Shown one piece after another: positions 52,199 to 64,000 of a DNA stretch of 64,000 nucleotides (positions are counted from its first letter, which is position 1; every line of letters begins with the position of its first letter). Source of the stretch: the human T2T-CHM13v2.0 reference genome, Homo sapiens; NCBI RefSeq assembly GCF_009914755.1, contig NC_060948.1; one strand, 5' to 3'. A program made the translations under genes and the position numbers. The notes under the pieces are model-generated. The model was not told the origin of the DNA. It saw nothing but the letters and a program-made list of their open reading frames with translations, and did no database searches.

Positions 52199-52478
52199 CT
52201 TTTTTTTTTTTTTTAGTTGAAGTTTTGCTCTTGTTGCCCAGGATGAAGTTTTGCTCAAGTTGCAATGGCATAATGTTGGCTCACTGAAACATCTGCCTCC
52301 AGATTCAAGCAAATCTCCTGCCTCAGCCTCCCAAGTAGCTGGGATTACAGGTGCCTACCACCACATGGGGGTATTTTTTTGTATTTTTACTAGAGATTGG
52401 GTATAGCCATGTTCACCAGGTTGGTCTCCAACTCCTGGCCATGTGCTGGGATTACAGGCATGAGCCACTGCACCTGGC
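52199..52478 (-). mobile_element. AluS with internal deletion and 13-nt duplication
   Basis: Antisense Alu; tgaagttttgctc twice. Confidence 0.88.
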
Positions 52479-52916
52479 CAGAACATTACCTTTAACATAT
52501 ATATAATCTAGCTATTTGTAAAAGTAGAAAAAAAACATATATGTTAGGCTTCTGAGAAAAGTGAACACTTATACACTGTTGGTCAAAATGTAAATTACTT
52601 AAACCAGTCTAAAAACTAGCTTAGAGATTTTGCAAAGAATGAAAAATGGAACTACCATTTGCTCCACTGCTAAGAAGTAATCTTAGCACTAGACATATAA
52701 CCAAAACTATATCTTGTTCTAACAAAAAGACACATGCACTTATGTGTCTGTTGCAGCACTCTATTCATTACAGCTAAGACACAGAATAAACCCAGGTGCA
52801 TATCAATAGTGAATTGGATAAAGAAAATGTGGTACATGTATACCATAAACTACGATACACTCATAAACAGAACAACATCCTGTTCTTCACAGCAATATGG
52901 ATACAGCTGGGGAGTT

Positions 52917-55900
52917 CTTTTTTTTTACTTTAAGAATATACTTTTATTGTTTTTTTAAATTATACTTTAAGTTCTAGGGTACATGTGCACAAGGTGCAGG
53001 TTTGTTACATAGGTGTACATATGCCATGTTGGTTTGCTGGACCCATCAACTCGTCATTTACATTAGATAATTCTCCTAATCCTATCCCTCCCCCAACCCC
53101 TCAACCCCTGACTGACCCCAGTGTGTGATGTTCCGCCACACTGTGTCCTTGTGTTTTCGTTGTTCAGCTCCCCACTATGAGTGAGAGCATGTGGTGTTTG
53201 GTTTTCTGTCCTTCTGATAGTTTGCTTGGAATGATGGTTTCCAGCTTCATACATGTCCCTGAATCTTTTTTATGGTTGCATAGTATTCCGTGATGTACAT
53301 GTGCCACAATTTCTTAATCCAGTCTATCACTCATGGACATTTGAGTTGGTTCCAAGTCTTTGCTATTGTGAATAATGCTGCAAGAAACATATGTGTGCAT
53401 GTGTCTTTATCATAGAATGATTTATAATCCTTTGGGTATATGCCCAGTAATGGGATTGTTGTGTTGAATGGTATTTCTAGATTTAGATCCTAGAGGAATT
53501 GCCACACTGTCTTCCACAATGGTCGAACTAATTTACACTCCTACCAACAGTGTAAAAGTATTCCTATTTCTCCATATCATCTTCAACAGCTGTTGTTTCC
53601 TGATTTTTTAATGATTGCCATTCTACTGGCATGAGATGGTATCTCACAGTGGCTTTAATTTGCATTTCTCTGATGACCAGGGAGCATTTTTGAAAATGTC
53701 TCTTGGCTGCATAAATGTCTTCTTTTGAGAAGTGTTCATATACTTTGCCCACTTTTTGATGGGATTTTTTGTATTTTTCTTGTAAATCTGTCTAAGTTAT
53801 TTGTAGATTCTGGATGTTAGCCCTTTGTCAGATGGGCAGATTGCAAAACATTTCTCCCATTCTGTAGGTTGCCTGTTCACTCCAATGATAGTTTCTTTTG
53901 CTATGCAGAAGATCTTTAGTTTAATTAGATCCCATTTGTCAATTTTGGCTTTTGTTGCCATTGTTTTTGGAGTTTTAGTCATGAAGTCCTTGCCCATGCC
54001 TATGTCCTGAAGGGTATTACCTAGGTTTTCTTCTAGGATTTTTATGGTGTTACATTTTACATTTAAGTCTTTAATCCATTCTGAGTTAATTTTTGTATAA
54101 GGTGTAAGGAAGGGATCCAGTTTCAGCTTTCTACGTATGGCTATCCACTTTTCCCAGTACCATTTATTAAATAGGGAATCCTTTACCCATTTCTTTTTTT
54201 TTTGTCAGGTTTGTGAAAGATCAGATGGTTGTAGATGTGTGGTGTTATTTCTGAAGCCTCTGTTCCATTCCATTGGTCTATATTTCTGTTTTGGTGCCAG
54301 TGTCATGCTGTATTCGTTACTGTAGCCTTATAGTATAGTTTAAAGTCAGGTAGCATGATGTCTTCAGCTTTGTTTTTTTTGCTTAGAATTGTCTTAGCGA
54401 TGAGGGCTCTTTTTTGGTTCCATATAAACTTTAAGATAACTTTTCCAATTCTGTGAAGAAAGACAGAGGTAGCTTGATAGGGATGGCATTGACTCTATAA
54501 ATTACTTTGGGCAATATGGCCACTTTCGTGATATTAATTCTTCCTATCCATGAGCAGGGAATGTTCTTCCATTTGTTTGTGTCCTCTTTTATTTCCTTGA
54601 ACAGTGGTTTGTAGTTCCCCTTGAAGAGGTGCTTCACATCCCTTGTAGGTTGGATTCCTAGGAATTTCATTCTTTGTAGTAATTGTGAATGGGAGTTCAC
54701 TGATGATTTCTCTCTGTGATTGTCTATTATTGGCATATAAGAATGCTTATGATTTTTGCACGCTGATTTTGTATCCTGAGACTTTGCTGAAGTTGCTTAT
54801 CAGCTTAAGGAGATTTTGGGCTGAGATGATGGGTTTTTCTAAATATACAATTATGTGACTTGCAAACAGATACAATTTGACTTCCTCTTTTCATAATTGA
54901 ATAATCTTTATTTCTATCTCTTGCTTGATTTCCCTGGCCAGAACTTCCAACAGTATGTTAAATAGGAGTAATGTGGGAGGGCATCCTTGTCTTGTGCCAG
55001 TTTTCAAAGAGAATGCTTCCAGCTTTTGCCCATTCTGTATGGTATTGGTTGTAGGTTTGTCATAAATAGCTGTTATTATTTTGAGATATGTTCCACCAAT
55101 ACCTCGTTTATTTAGAGTTTTTAGCATGAACTGCTGTTGAACTTTGTCGAAGGCCTTTTCTGCATGTAGTGAGATAATCCTGTGGTTTTTGTCGTTTGTT
55201 CTGCTTATGTGATGAATTACATTACTGATTTTCATATGTTGAACCAGCCTTGCATCCCAGGGATGAAGCCAACTTGATCATGTTGGATAAGCTTTCTGAT
55301 GTGCTGCTCGATTCGGTTTGCCAGGATTTTATTGAAGATTTTTGCATCGATGTTCATCAGGGATATTGACCTAAAATTCTCTTTTTTTGTTGTGTCTCTG
55401 CCAGGCTTTTGTATCAGGATGATGCTAGCCTTGTAAAATGAGTTATGGAGGATTCTCTCTTTTTCTATTCATTGGAATAGTTTCAGAAGGAAACAGACCA
55501 GCTCCTCTTTGTACCTCTGGTAGAATGCAACTGTGAATCTGTCTGGTTCTGCACTTTTTTTGGTTGGTAGACTATTAATTATTGTCTTAATTTCAGAACA
55601 TGTTGTTGCTCTATTCAGAGATTTAACTTCTTCCTGGTTTGGTTTTGTGAGGGTGTATGTGTCCAGAAATTTATGCATTTCTTCTGGATTTTCTAGCTTA
55701 TTTGCATGGAGGTGTTTACAGTATTCTCTGATGGTAGTTTGTATTTCTGTGGGATAAGTGGTGATATTCTCTTTATCATTTTTTATTCTGTCTGTTTGAT
55801 TGTCTCCTCTTTTCTTCTTTATTAGTCTTGCTAACTGTGTATCTATTTTGTTGATATTTTCAGAAAACCAGCTCCTGGGTTCATTGATTTTTTGAAGGGT

Positions 55901-58187
55901 TTTTTGTGACTCTATCTCCTTCAGTTCTGCTCTGATCTTAGTTATTTATTGTCCTCTGCTAGCTTTTGAATTTGTTTGCTCTTGCTTCTCTAATTCTTTT
56001 AATTGTTAGGGTGTTGAATTTAGGTCTTCCCTGCTTTCTTGTGTGGGCATTTAGTGCTATAAATTTTCCTTTACACACTTCTTTAAATGTGTCCAAGAGA
56101 TGCTGGTATGTTGCATGTTTTTTCTCATTGGTTTCAAAGAACATCTTTCTTTCTGCCTTCATTTGAATGACTACTATTTACCCAGTAGTTATTCAGGAGC
56201 AGGTTGTTCAGTTTCCATGTAGTTGGCCATTATTGAGGGAGTTTCTTAATCCTGAGCACTAATTTGATTGTAGTGTGGTCTGAGAGACAGTTTGTTGTGA
56301 TTTCTATTCTTTTACATTTGCTGAGTACTGTTTTACTACCAATTATGTGGTTAATTCTCAAATAAGTATAATGTGGTGCTGAGAGGAATGTTTATTCTAT
56401 TGCCTTGAGGTGTAGAGTTCTTAGATGTCTATTAGGTCTGGTTGGTGCAGAACTGAGTTCAAGTCCTCAATATCCTTATTAATATTCTGTCTCATCGATC
56501 TGTCTAATATTGACAGTGAAGTGTTAAAGTCTCCCGTTATTATTGTGTGGGAGTCTAAGTCTCTTTCTAGGTCTCTAAGGATTTTCTTTATGACCCTGAG
56601 TGACCCTGTATTGGATGCATATATATTTAGGATAGTTAGCTCTTCTTGTTGAATTGATCCTTTAACCATTATGTAATGGCCTTCATTTTCTCTTTTGATC
56701 TTTGTTGGTTTAAAGTCTGTTTTATCAGTTAGTAGGATTACACCCCCTGCTTTTTCTTGCTTTCCATTTTCTTGGTAGATATTCCTCCATCCCTTTATTT
56801 TGAGCCTGTGGTTGTCTCTGCACCTGAGATGGGTCTCCTGAATACAGCATACTGATGGGTCTTGACTCTTTATCCAAATTCCCAGTCTGTGTCTTTTAAT
56901 TGTGGCATTTAGCCCATTTACATATAAGGTTAATAATGTTGTGTGTGAATTTGATCCTGTCATTATGATGCTAGCTGGTTATTTTGCCCATTAATTGAAA
57001 CAGTTACTTCATAGCATTGATGGTTTTTACAATTTGTCATGTTTTTGCAGTGGCTGATACCAGTTGTTCCTTTCTATATTTAGTACGTTCTTTAGGAGCT
57101 CTTTTAAGGCAGGCCTGCTGGTGGCAAAATCTCTCAGCATTTGCTTGTCTGTAAAGTATTTTATTTCTCCCTCAGTTTTGAAGCACAGTTTGCCTGGATA
57201 TGCTATTCTGGGTTGAAAATTCATTGCTTTAAGAATGTTGAATATTGGCCCCCACTCTCTTCTCATTTGTGGCATTTCTGCTGAGAGATCCTTTGTTAGT
57301 CTGATGGGCTTCCCCTTGTAAGTAACCCAAACATTCTCTGGCTGCTCTTAACATTTTTTCCTTCATTTCAACCTTGGTGAATCTGACAATTATGTGTCTT
57401 GGGGTTGCTCTTCTCAGGAGGTATCTTTGCAGTGTTCTCTGCATTTACTAAATTTGAAGGTTGGCCAGCCTTGTTTGTTGGGGAAGTTCTCCTGGATAAT
57501 ATCCTGAAGAGTGTTTTCCATCTTAGTTCCCTTCTCCCCATCCCTTTCAGGTACAACAGTCAAACATAGATTTGGATTTTTCACACAGTCCTATATTTCT
57601 TCAAGGCTTTGTTCATTTCTTCTTACTCCTTTTTCTCTAAACTTGTCTCCTCACTTTATTTCATTAATTTGATCTTCAATCAATGATATCCTTTCTTCCA
57701 CTTGATTCAATTGGCTATTAAAGCTTGTGCATGCATCATGAAGTTCTCATGTTTTCATCTGTTTTCATCTCCAGCAGGTCATTTATGGTGTTCTCTACAC
57801 TGCTTATCCTAGTTAGCCATTCATCTAACTTTTTTTTCAAGGTTTTCAGCTTCCTTGCTATTGGGTAGACTATGCTCCTTTAGCTTGGAGAAGTTTGTTA
57901 TTAACAACCTTCTGAAGCCTACTTCTGTCAACTTGTCAAACTCATTCTCTGTCCAGCTTTGTTCCCTTGCTGGTGAGGAGCTGTGATCCTTTGGAGGATA
58001 AGAGGTGCTCTTGTTTTTAGAATTCTCAGCTTTTCTGCTCTGGTTTCTCCGCATGTTTGTGGTTTTATCTACCTTTGGTATTTGATGTTGGTGACCTACA
58101 GATGGGGTTTTGGTGTGGGTTTCCTTTTTGTTGATGTTGATGCTTTTCATTTCTGTTTGTTTGTTTTTCTTCTACCAGTGAGACCAC
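52917..58187 (-). mobile_element. Near full-length L1PA7/8-like element (3'UTR, ORF2, ORF1, part of 5'UTR), disrupted
   Basis: ORF2 start MTGSNSH at 56963; ORF1 peptides; inserted in an L1PB-type 3'UTR (cagctgggga|...|ggggtcattttt). Confidence 0.95.
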
Positions 58188-58499
58188 TGGGGGGTCATTT
58201 TTCTAAATGAATTTCACACACACCCACACCACAACCAACTACCACAAAAAATATGTACTCACTTGTAAGTGGGAGCCAATTCTTAGATATGCATACACAT
58301 CATATGTAAACAAGAGACATTAGAGATTCCAAAATGAGGGAGTAAAGCAGAAGTAGAAAAGCTAAATAAAACTTCCCCATTTAGTGTTATGTTCTTCGTC
58401 TGTGTGACAGGATTAATAAAATTCCAAACCTCTGCATGACATAATATATTCTTGTAATAAATCTGAAATTGTAGGCTGATAATTTAAAATAATAAGTAA

Positions 58500-61400
58500 A
58501 ATTCTAAAAAGATCAATACATTATACATAAAAATACACATTATTGTCAACTGCATATGGAACATTCACCAGGAGAGATTATATTAGGTAAACAAGCAAGT
58601 CTCAATAAACTTAAGAAAGTTAAAATCATATCTCCTGACCTGACCACATGGTATACAATTAGGAATCAATATCAGGCAGATATTTGAAAACTTTAGAAAT
58701 ACATGAAATTTAAACATACCCCTGAACAGCAAATACTTGAATAAAAATATTGAAAAAATGCAAAAATGTTTTGAGAAAAATAAAAATGAATATGCAATTT
58801 ACCAAAATCTATGGCATAAATAAAAAGAGCTTTTTTAAGTTAACAGCAATTTCTTTTTACTGAAGAACATCTCAAATAAAGATTCTAATAATGCACCTCA
58901 AGGAAATAAAAAGACATACAGAAAAAACTATCCCCAAGGGTAGTACAAAGAAAGAGATAATAAGTATAAGAAAAACATTTTAAAAAGTGAGTTAAAACAA
59001 TAAAAATTAATAATGTAAATTGTTTTGGAATGATAGATAGAAGCAAAAGACCTTTACCTAAACTCAGTAAAAAGAGAGAAAACCCAAATAAATAAAATAA
59101 GAAATAAAGAATACATCCCAACTCATGCCACAGAGAATTATATAATATTATTATTAACATTTATTAGTTAACACCTTTTAAATCCTAGAGAAATAGGTAT
59201 ACTTCTGGACACATAAAACCTACTAAAATAAAATGTAAAGAAATAAAAAAATTGAAAAGAACAACAACGAATAAGGAGATTAAATAAGAAATAAACAATA
59301 TTAAAAAAATCTCAGGATATTATGACATTATTGGTCAATGCTAAAGAAATTTAAGAAGGGGACTACTGTGAATTTTTCTCATACTCTTCCAAAAACTTCA
59401 GAAGGTAGTACTTCAAAACTCCATTTTACAATGCCAGCATTAATATGATAGAATTATCAGACAGCAGCACAACAACAACGTCAAAACTACAGACCAATAT
59501 TTCTGACAAATGTACATGCCAAAAATCCTCTAAAAAATACTAGCAAATCAAATTCAATACCACAATTAAGAAATCATTTATTACACTCAAATGGAATTCA
59601 TCCCAGGGGTGAAAGAATACTTTAATATTTACAATTTAATACACATGATACTTTATAGTAACAATAATAGATAGAATTATATAATTATTTAAATAGATGC
59701 AGAAGGATTTGACAAAATTCAACATTCTTTTATGATATAATTTTCAAATATTTGATGTAAAAGAAATATATCCAACACAATAAAAGCCACATTTGACTAA
59801 CCCACAGGTAACACTATACTGAATGCTTGAAAGCACAAACCTTTTACTCTAAGACATGGAAAAAGACAAGAATGTCCACTTTCACCACTTTTATTCAACA
59901 TAGTATTAAAATGTGTAGCTAGATCTATTATATTAACAAAAAATGGAAAACATCAAAGTTGAAAGAAAAAAGTCAAACTGTCCCATTTTACAGTTGACAG
60001 GATATTATATATATGTAAATTTGAACAAGCCACCAAAAAATCCTGTTAGAATTAACAAATAAAAATAAAATGAGTAGAGTTGGAAATAAAAAATCAACAT
60101 GTGAAAATCAGGAGAGTTTCTACACATGTATAGTAAAATGAGAAAAATTTTCAAGAATCTCATTTACAATAACTATAAAAACAGATAAAAATTAATTTAA
60201 TTAAGAATTATACACTAAAAGCTGTAAAAGATTGACAACAAATTGAATAAAGTGTAAATAAATTGAAGGATATTTACTTTTAGAGATTGGAAATATTAAT
60301 ATCATTAAAATATCTATAAAACCCAAAGTAATATATCAATTTAATCCACTATCAAAATATGAGGGACATTCTTTACACAAACAGAAAAAAAAAAAACCTC
60401 TTAAGCTTTGTGTTGACTCAAAGACTCCAGAAAGCCAAAGCAATACTGAACAAAATAACAAAACTGGAGGCATGATGTTACATACTTCTAAATATAATGT
60501 GATACAACAGTAAACAAAACAGTGAAATAGCATGGTATTGATAAAGATAGATTAATAAAACCAAACAGAAAGCCTCAAAATATTTACTATCAACTAATTT
60601 TTGGCAAAGAAACCAGGAAAACATAAGATGGAAAAAAAGTGTCTTCATTATAGTGAAAAAAATGGAATATGCTCCTACAAATAATAAAATCAGATGTTTA
60701 TCTCACATGATTACAAAAATAAACTTTAAATAAATCAGAGACTTAAATACAACCCTGACTTTAAAAAATTACTAGAAAGAAAGCTACTGAAGTTACTTTC
60801 AGACACTGAGTTTGGCAATAACTTTCTGAATGAGATCTCAAAAAGCAGGCAACAAAAACAAAAATAGGCAATCAGATGCATCAAGCCAAAGAGCCTCTGC
60901 ATAGCAAAATATGCATTTGATAAAATAAAAAGACAACCTACAGAATAAAAAAGATATTGGTAAATTCTGCATCTGATAAGATATTCAAATCTAAAAAATG
61001 TAAGGAATTCAAAACATAATAGCAAGAAAAACAAAATCACTAACAACCCAATTTTTATAGACAAAATATTTTAATAGATATTTTTCTAAAAAAGACATAT
61101 AAATGGTAAAATGTATATAAAAATGCTCTGCATGACTAAGCATAAGAAAATGGTAAATAAAAACCACAATTAGATTTTTCCTCAGTTCATTTAGAATGCA
61201 TGTTATCAAAGAATAAAAGATAAGAAGTGCTGGTAAGAATGTGGGAAGAAAAAACACATGTTATTGGTAGGTAAATTAGTACAACGATTTTGGAAAATAA
61301 TACAAACATATCCAAAAAGTTAAAAACAGAAATAGTTAACAAACCTGCAGTTACTCTACTTGCTATATATCCAAAACTAAAATAAAACTAGTGCAACCAA

Positions 61401-62000
61401 GAAATATCAGCACTGACAAGTTTATTGAAGCACTATTCACCATAACCAAGATATTAACTCAACCTAAATGTATATTAGAAGATGAATGAAGAAAATATAC
61501 TACATACAGTGAACCTAATATTATTCACCCATAAAAATAATAAAATTATGTCATTTGTGAGACACGAATAAACCTGAAAAATACTTTGCTGAATAAAATA
61601 ACCCAGGAATAGAAAGAGCAATACCATATAATCTCACTCATATGTGGAGTGTAAAAAAGGTGATTTCATAAATAGAATAAAATAGTAAATAAGTGAGGCT
61701 AACATTAATGGAGGAAGAAGGCAGTAAAAAGAGGCTGGCCAAAGAGTACACAATTACATTTAATCAGGTATGATAAATTTAAGAATTATATTATATAGGA
61801 CTGTGACTGCAGCTAATAATGACATACTATACTCTTCAAAAGTAGGGAATAATTCTTAAGAGCTATCATTAGAAAACTAATAATTATGTAAGGTTATTCA
61901 TTAATAAGCTAAAAGTAATCACTCCATAGTACATATGTACCAAAAAAATCATGATGTGCATGATAAATACATACAATAGTATCTGTCAAACTTAAAAATT
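58500..62000 (+). mobile_element. L1MA-like ORF2 and 3' end
   Basis: Diverged A-rich ORF2 text; 3'UTR atctcactcatatgtgga. Confidence 0.8.
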
Positions 62001-62170
62001 TCATACCAAGAAGATACAGAATTGTTCATTACCTGATGACTTTCCTACTGAATTCTATAAAATAGTTAAAGAATGAATATTAATTCTTCTAAAACGTTTA
62101 TAAATAACTAAGAGAAAGAAACATTGTTCAGACTTCCTTAGCAAGATCTGCTTTAAAAATGTAAGAAATT

Positions 62171-64000
62171 GGAAGAGGTTCCAAGATGGGTGAATAGGAA
62201 GAGCTCCAGTCAACAGCTCCCAGTGTGAGCAATGCAGAAGATGAGTGATTTCTGCATTTCCAACTGAGGTACCAGGTTCATCTCACTGGGGCTTGTTGGA
62301 CAGTGGGTGCAGCCCATGGAGTATGAGATGAAGCATGGTGGGGCATCACCTCACCTAGGAAGTGCAAGGGGTTGGGGAATTCCCTTTCCTAGCCAAGGGA
62401 AGCCATGACACATGGTACCTGGAAAATTGGTAAACTCTGACTCTAATACTGCACTTTCCCAATAGTCTTAGCAAATGGTACACCAGGAGATTATATTCTG
62501 TGCCTGACTTGGAGGGTCCCACGCCCATGGAGCCTCACTCACTGCTTGCTTGGCAGTCTGAGATCAAACTTCAAGCTGGCAGCGAGACTGGGGGAGGGGC
62601 GTCTGCCATTGCTGAGGATTGAGTAGGTAAACAAAGTGGCCAGGAAGCTCGAACTGGGTGGAGCCCACCACAGCTCAAGGAGGCCTGCCTGCTCCTGTAG
62701 ACTCCACCTCTGGGGGCAGGGCATAGCTGAAAAAAAGAGAGCAGAAACTTCTGCAGACCTAAACCTCCCCGTCTGACAGCTTTGAAGAGAGTAGTGGTTC
62801 TCACAGCACAGAGTTTGAGATCTGAGAATGGACAGACTGCCTCCTCAAATGGGTCCCTAAACCTTGAGTAGCCTAACTGGCAGACACCTCCCACTGTGGC
62901 CAACTTACACCTCATAGAGCCTGGTGCCCCTCTAGATGAAGCTTCCAGAGGAAGGATCAGGCAGCAATATCTGCTGTTCTGCAGCCTCCGCTGGTGATAC
63001 CCAGGCAAAAAGGGTCTGGAGTGGACCTCCAGCAAACTCCAACAAACATGCAGCTGAGGGTCCTTTTAGATGGAAAACTAACAAACAGAAAGGACATCCA
63101 CACCAAAACCCCATCTGTAGGTCACCATCATCAAAGACCGAAGGTAGATAAAACCACAAAGATGGGGAGAAACCAGAGCAGAAAAGGTGAAAATTCTAAA
63201 AATCAGAGTGCCTCTTCTCCTCCAAAGGAATGCAGCTCCTCACCAGCAATGGAACAAAGCTGGACAAAGAATGACTTTGACAAGTTGAGAGAAGGCTTCA
63301 CGTGATCAGTAATAACAAATTTCTCTGAGCTAAAGGAGGATGTTTGAACCCATCACAAAGAAGCTAAAAACCGTGAAAAAAGATGAATGGCTATCTAGAA
63401 TAAATAGTGCAGAGAAGACCTTAAATGACCTGATGGAGCTGAAAACCATGGCATGAGAACTATGTGACACATGCAAAAGCTTCAGTAGCTGATTTGATCA
63501 AGTGAAAGAAATGGCATCAGTGATTCAAGATAAAATGAATGAAATGAAGTGAGAAGAGAAGTTTAGAGAAAAAAGAGTAAAAAAAAGTGAATAAAACCTC
63601 CAAGAAGTATGGGACTATGTGAAAAGACCAAATCTATGTCTGATTGGTGTACCTGAAAGTGACGAGGAGAATGGAACCAAGTTGGAAAACACTCTGCAGA
63701 ATATTATGCAGGAGCAATTCCCCCACCTAGCAAGGCAGGCCAACATTCAAATTCAGGAAATACAGAGAATGCCACAAAGATATTCCTTGAGAAGAGCAAC
63801 TCCAAGATGAATAATTGTCAGATTCACCAAAGTTGAAATAAAGGAAAAAATTTTAAGAGCAGCCACAGAGAAAGGTCAGATTACCCACAAAGGGAAGCAT
63901 TTCAGACTAACAGCAGATCTCTTGGCAGAAACTCTACATACCAGAAGAGAGTGGGGGCCAATATTCAACATTCTTAAAGAAAAGAATTTTAAACCCAGAA
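62171..64000 (+). mobile_element. L1PA5/6-like 5'UTR and disrupted ORF1, runs off the window
   Basis: CCAAGATGGGTGAATAGGAAGAGCTCC; ORF1 ATG at 63162 (MGRNQSRK), premature TGA at 63303. Confidence 0.95.

Overview
Human (primate) Y-chromosome male-specific region. Positions 1-5.5 kb hold the 5' end of KDM5D (SMCY/JARID1D) on the minus strand: a non-coding exon 1, five phase-0 coding exons (JmjN and ARID region) and a CpG-retaining promoter. The remaining ~58 kb is mostly nested, broken retroelements (L1PA/L1PB/L1M, Alu, MER11-, MER50- and MER4-group-like LTRs, MaLR) plus Tigger1, with a largely unique block at ~23.7-30.6 kb. I see no intact novel gene or multi-gene system. The best leads are: (1) a decayed short histone H2A variant (H2A.L-like) pseudogene at ~27.9-28.1 kb; (2) a KDM5D uORF that a 5-nt shift of splice acceptor would turn into a 16-aa N-terminal extension; (3) several locally templated insertions (repair scars) at 11.4, 14.7, 31.7 and 33.8 kb; (4) a candidate exon of a divergent transcript. 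Repeat subfamily names come from recalled consensus sequences and are approximate.
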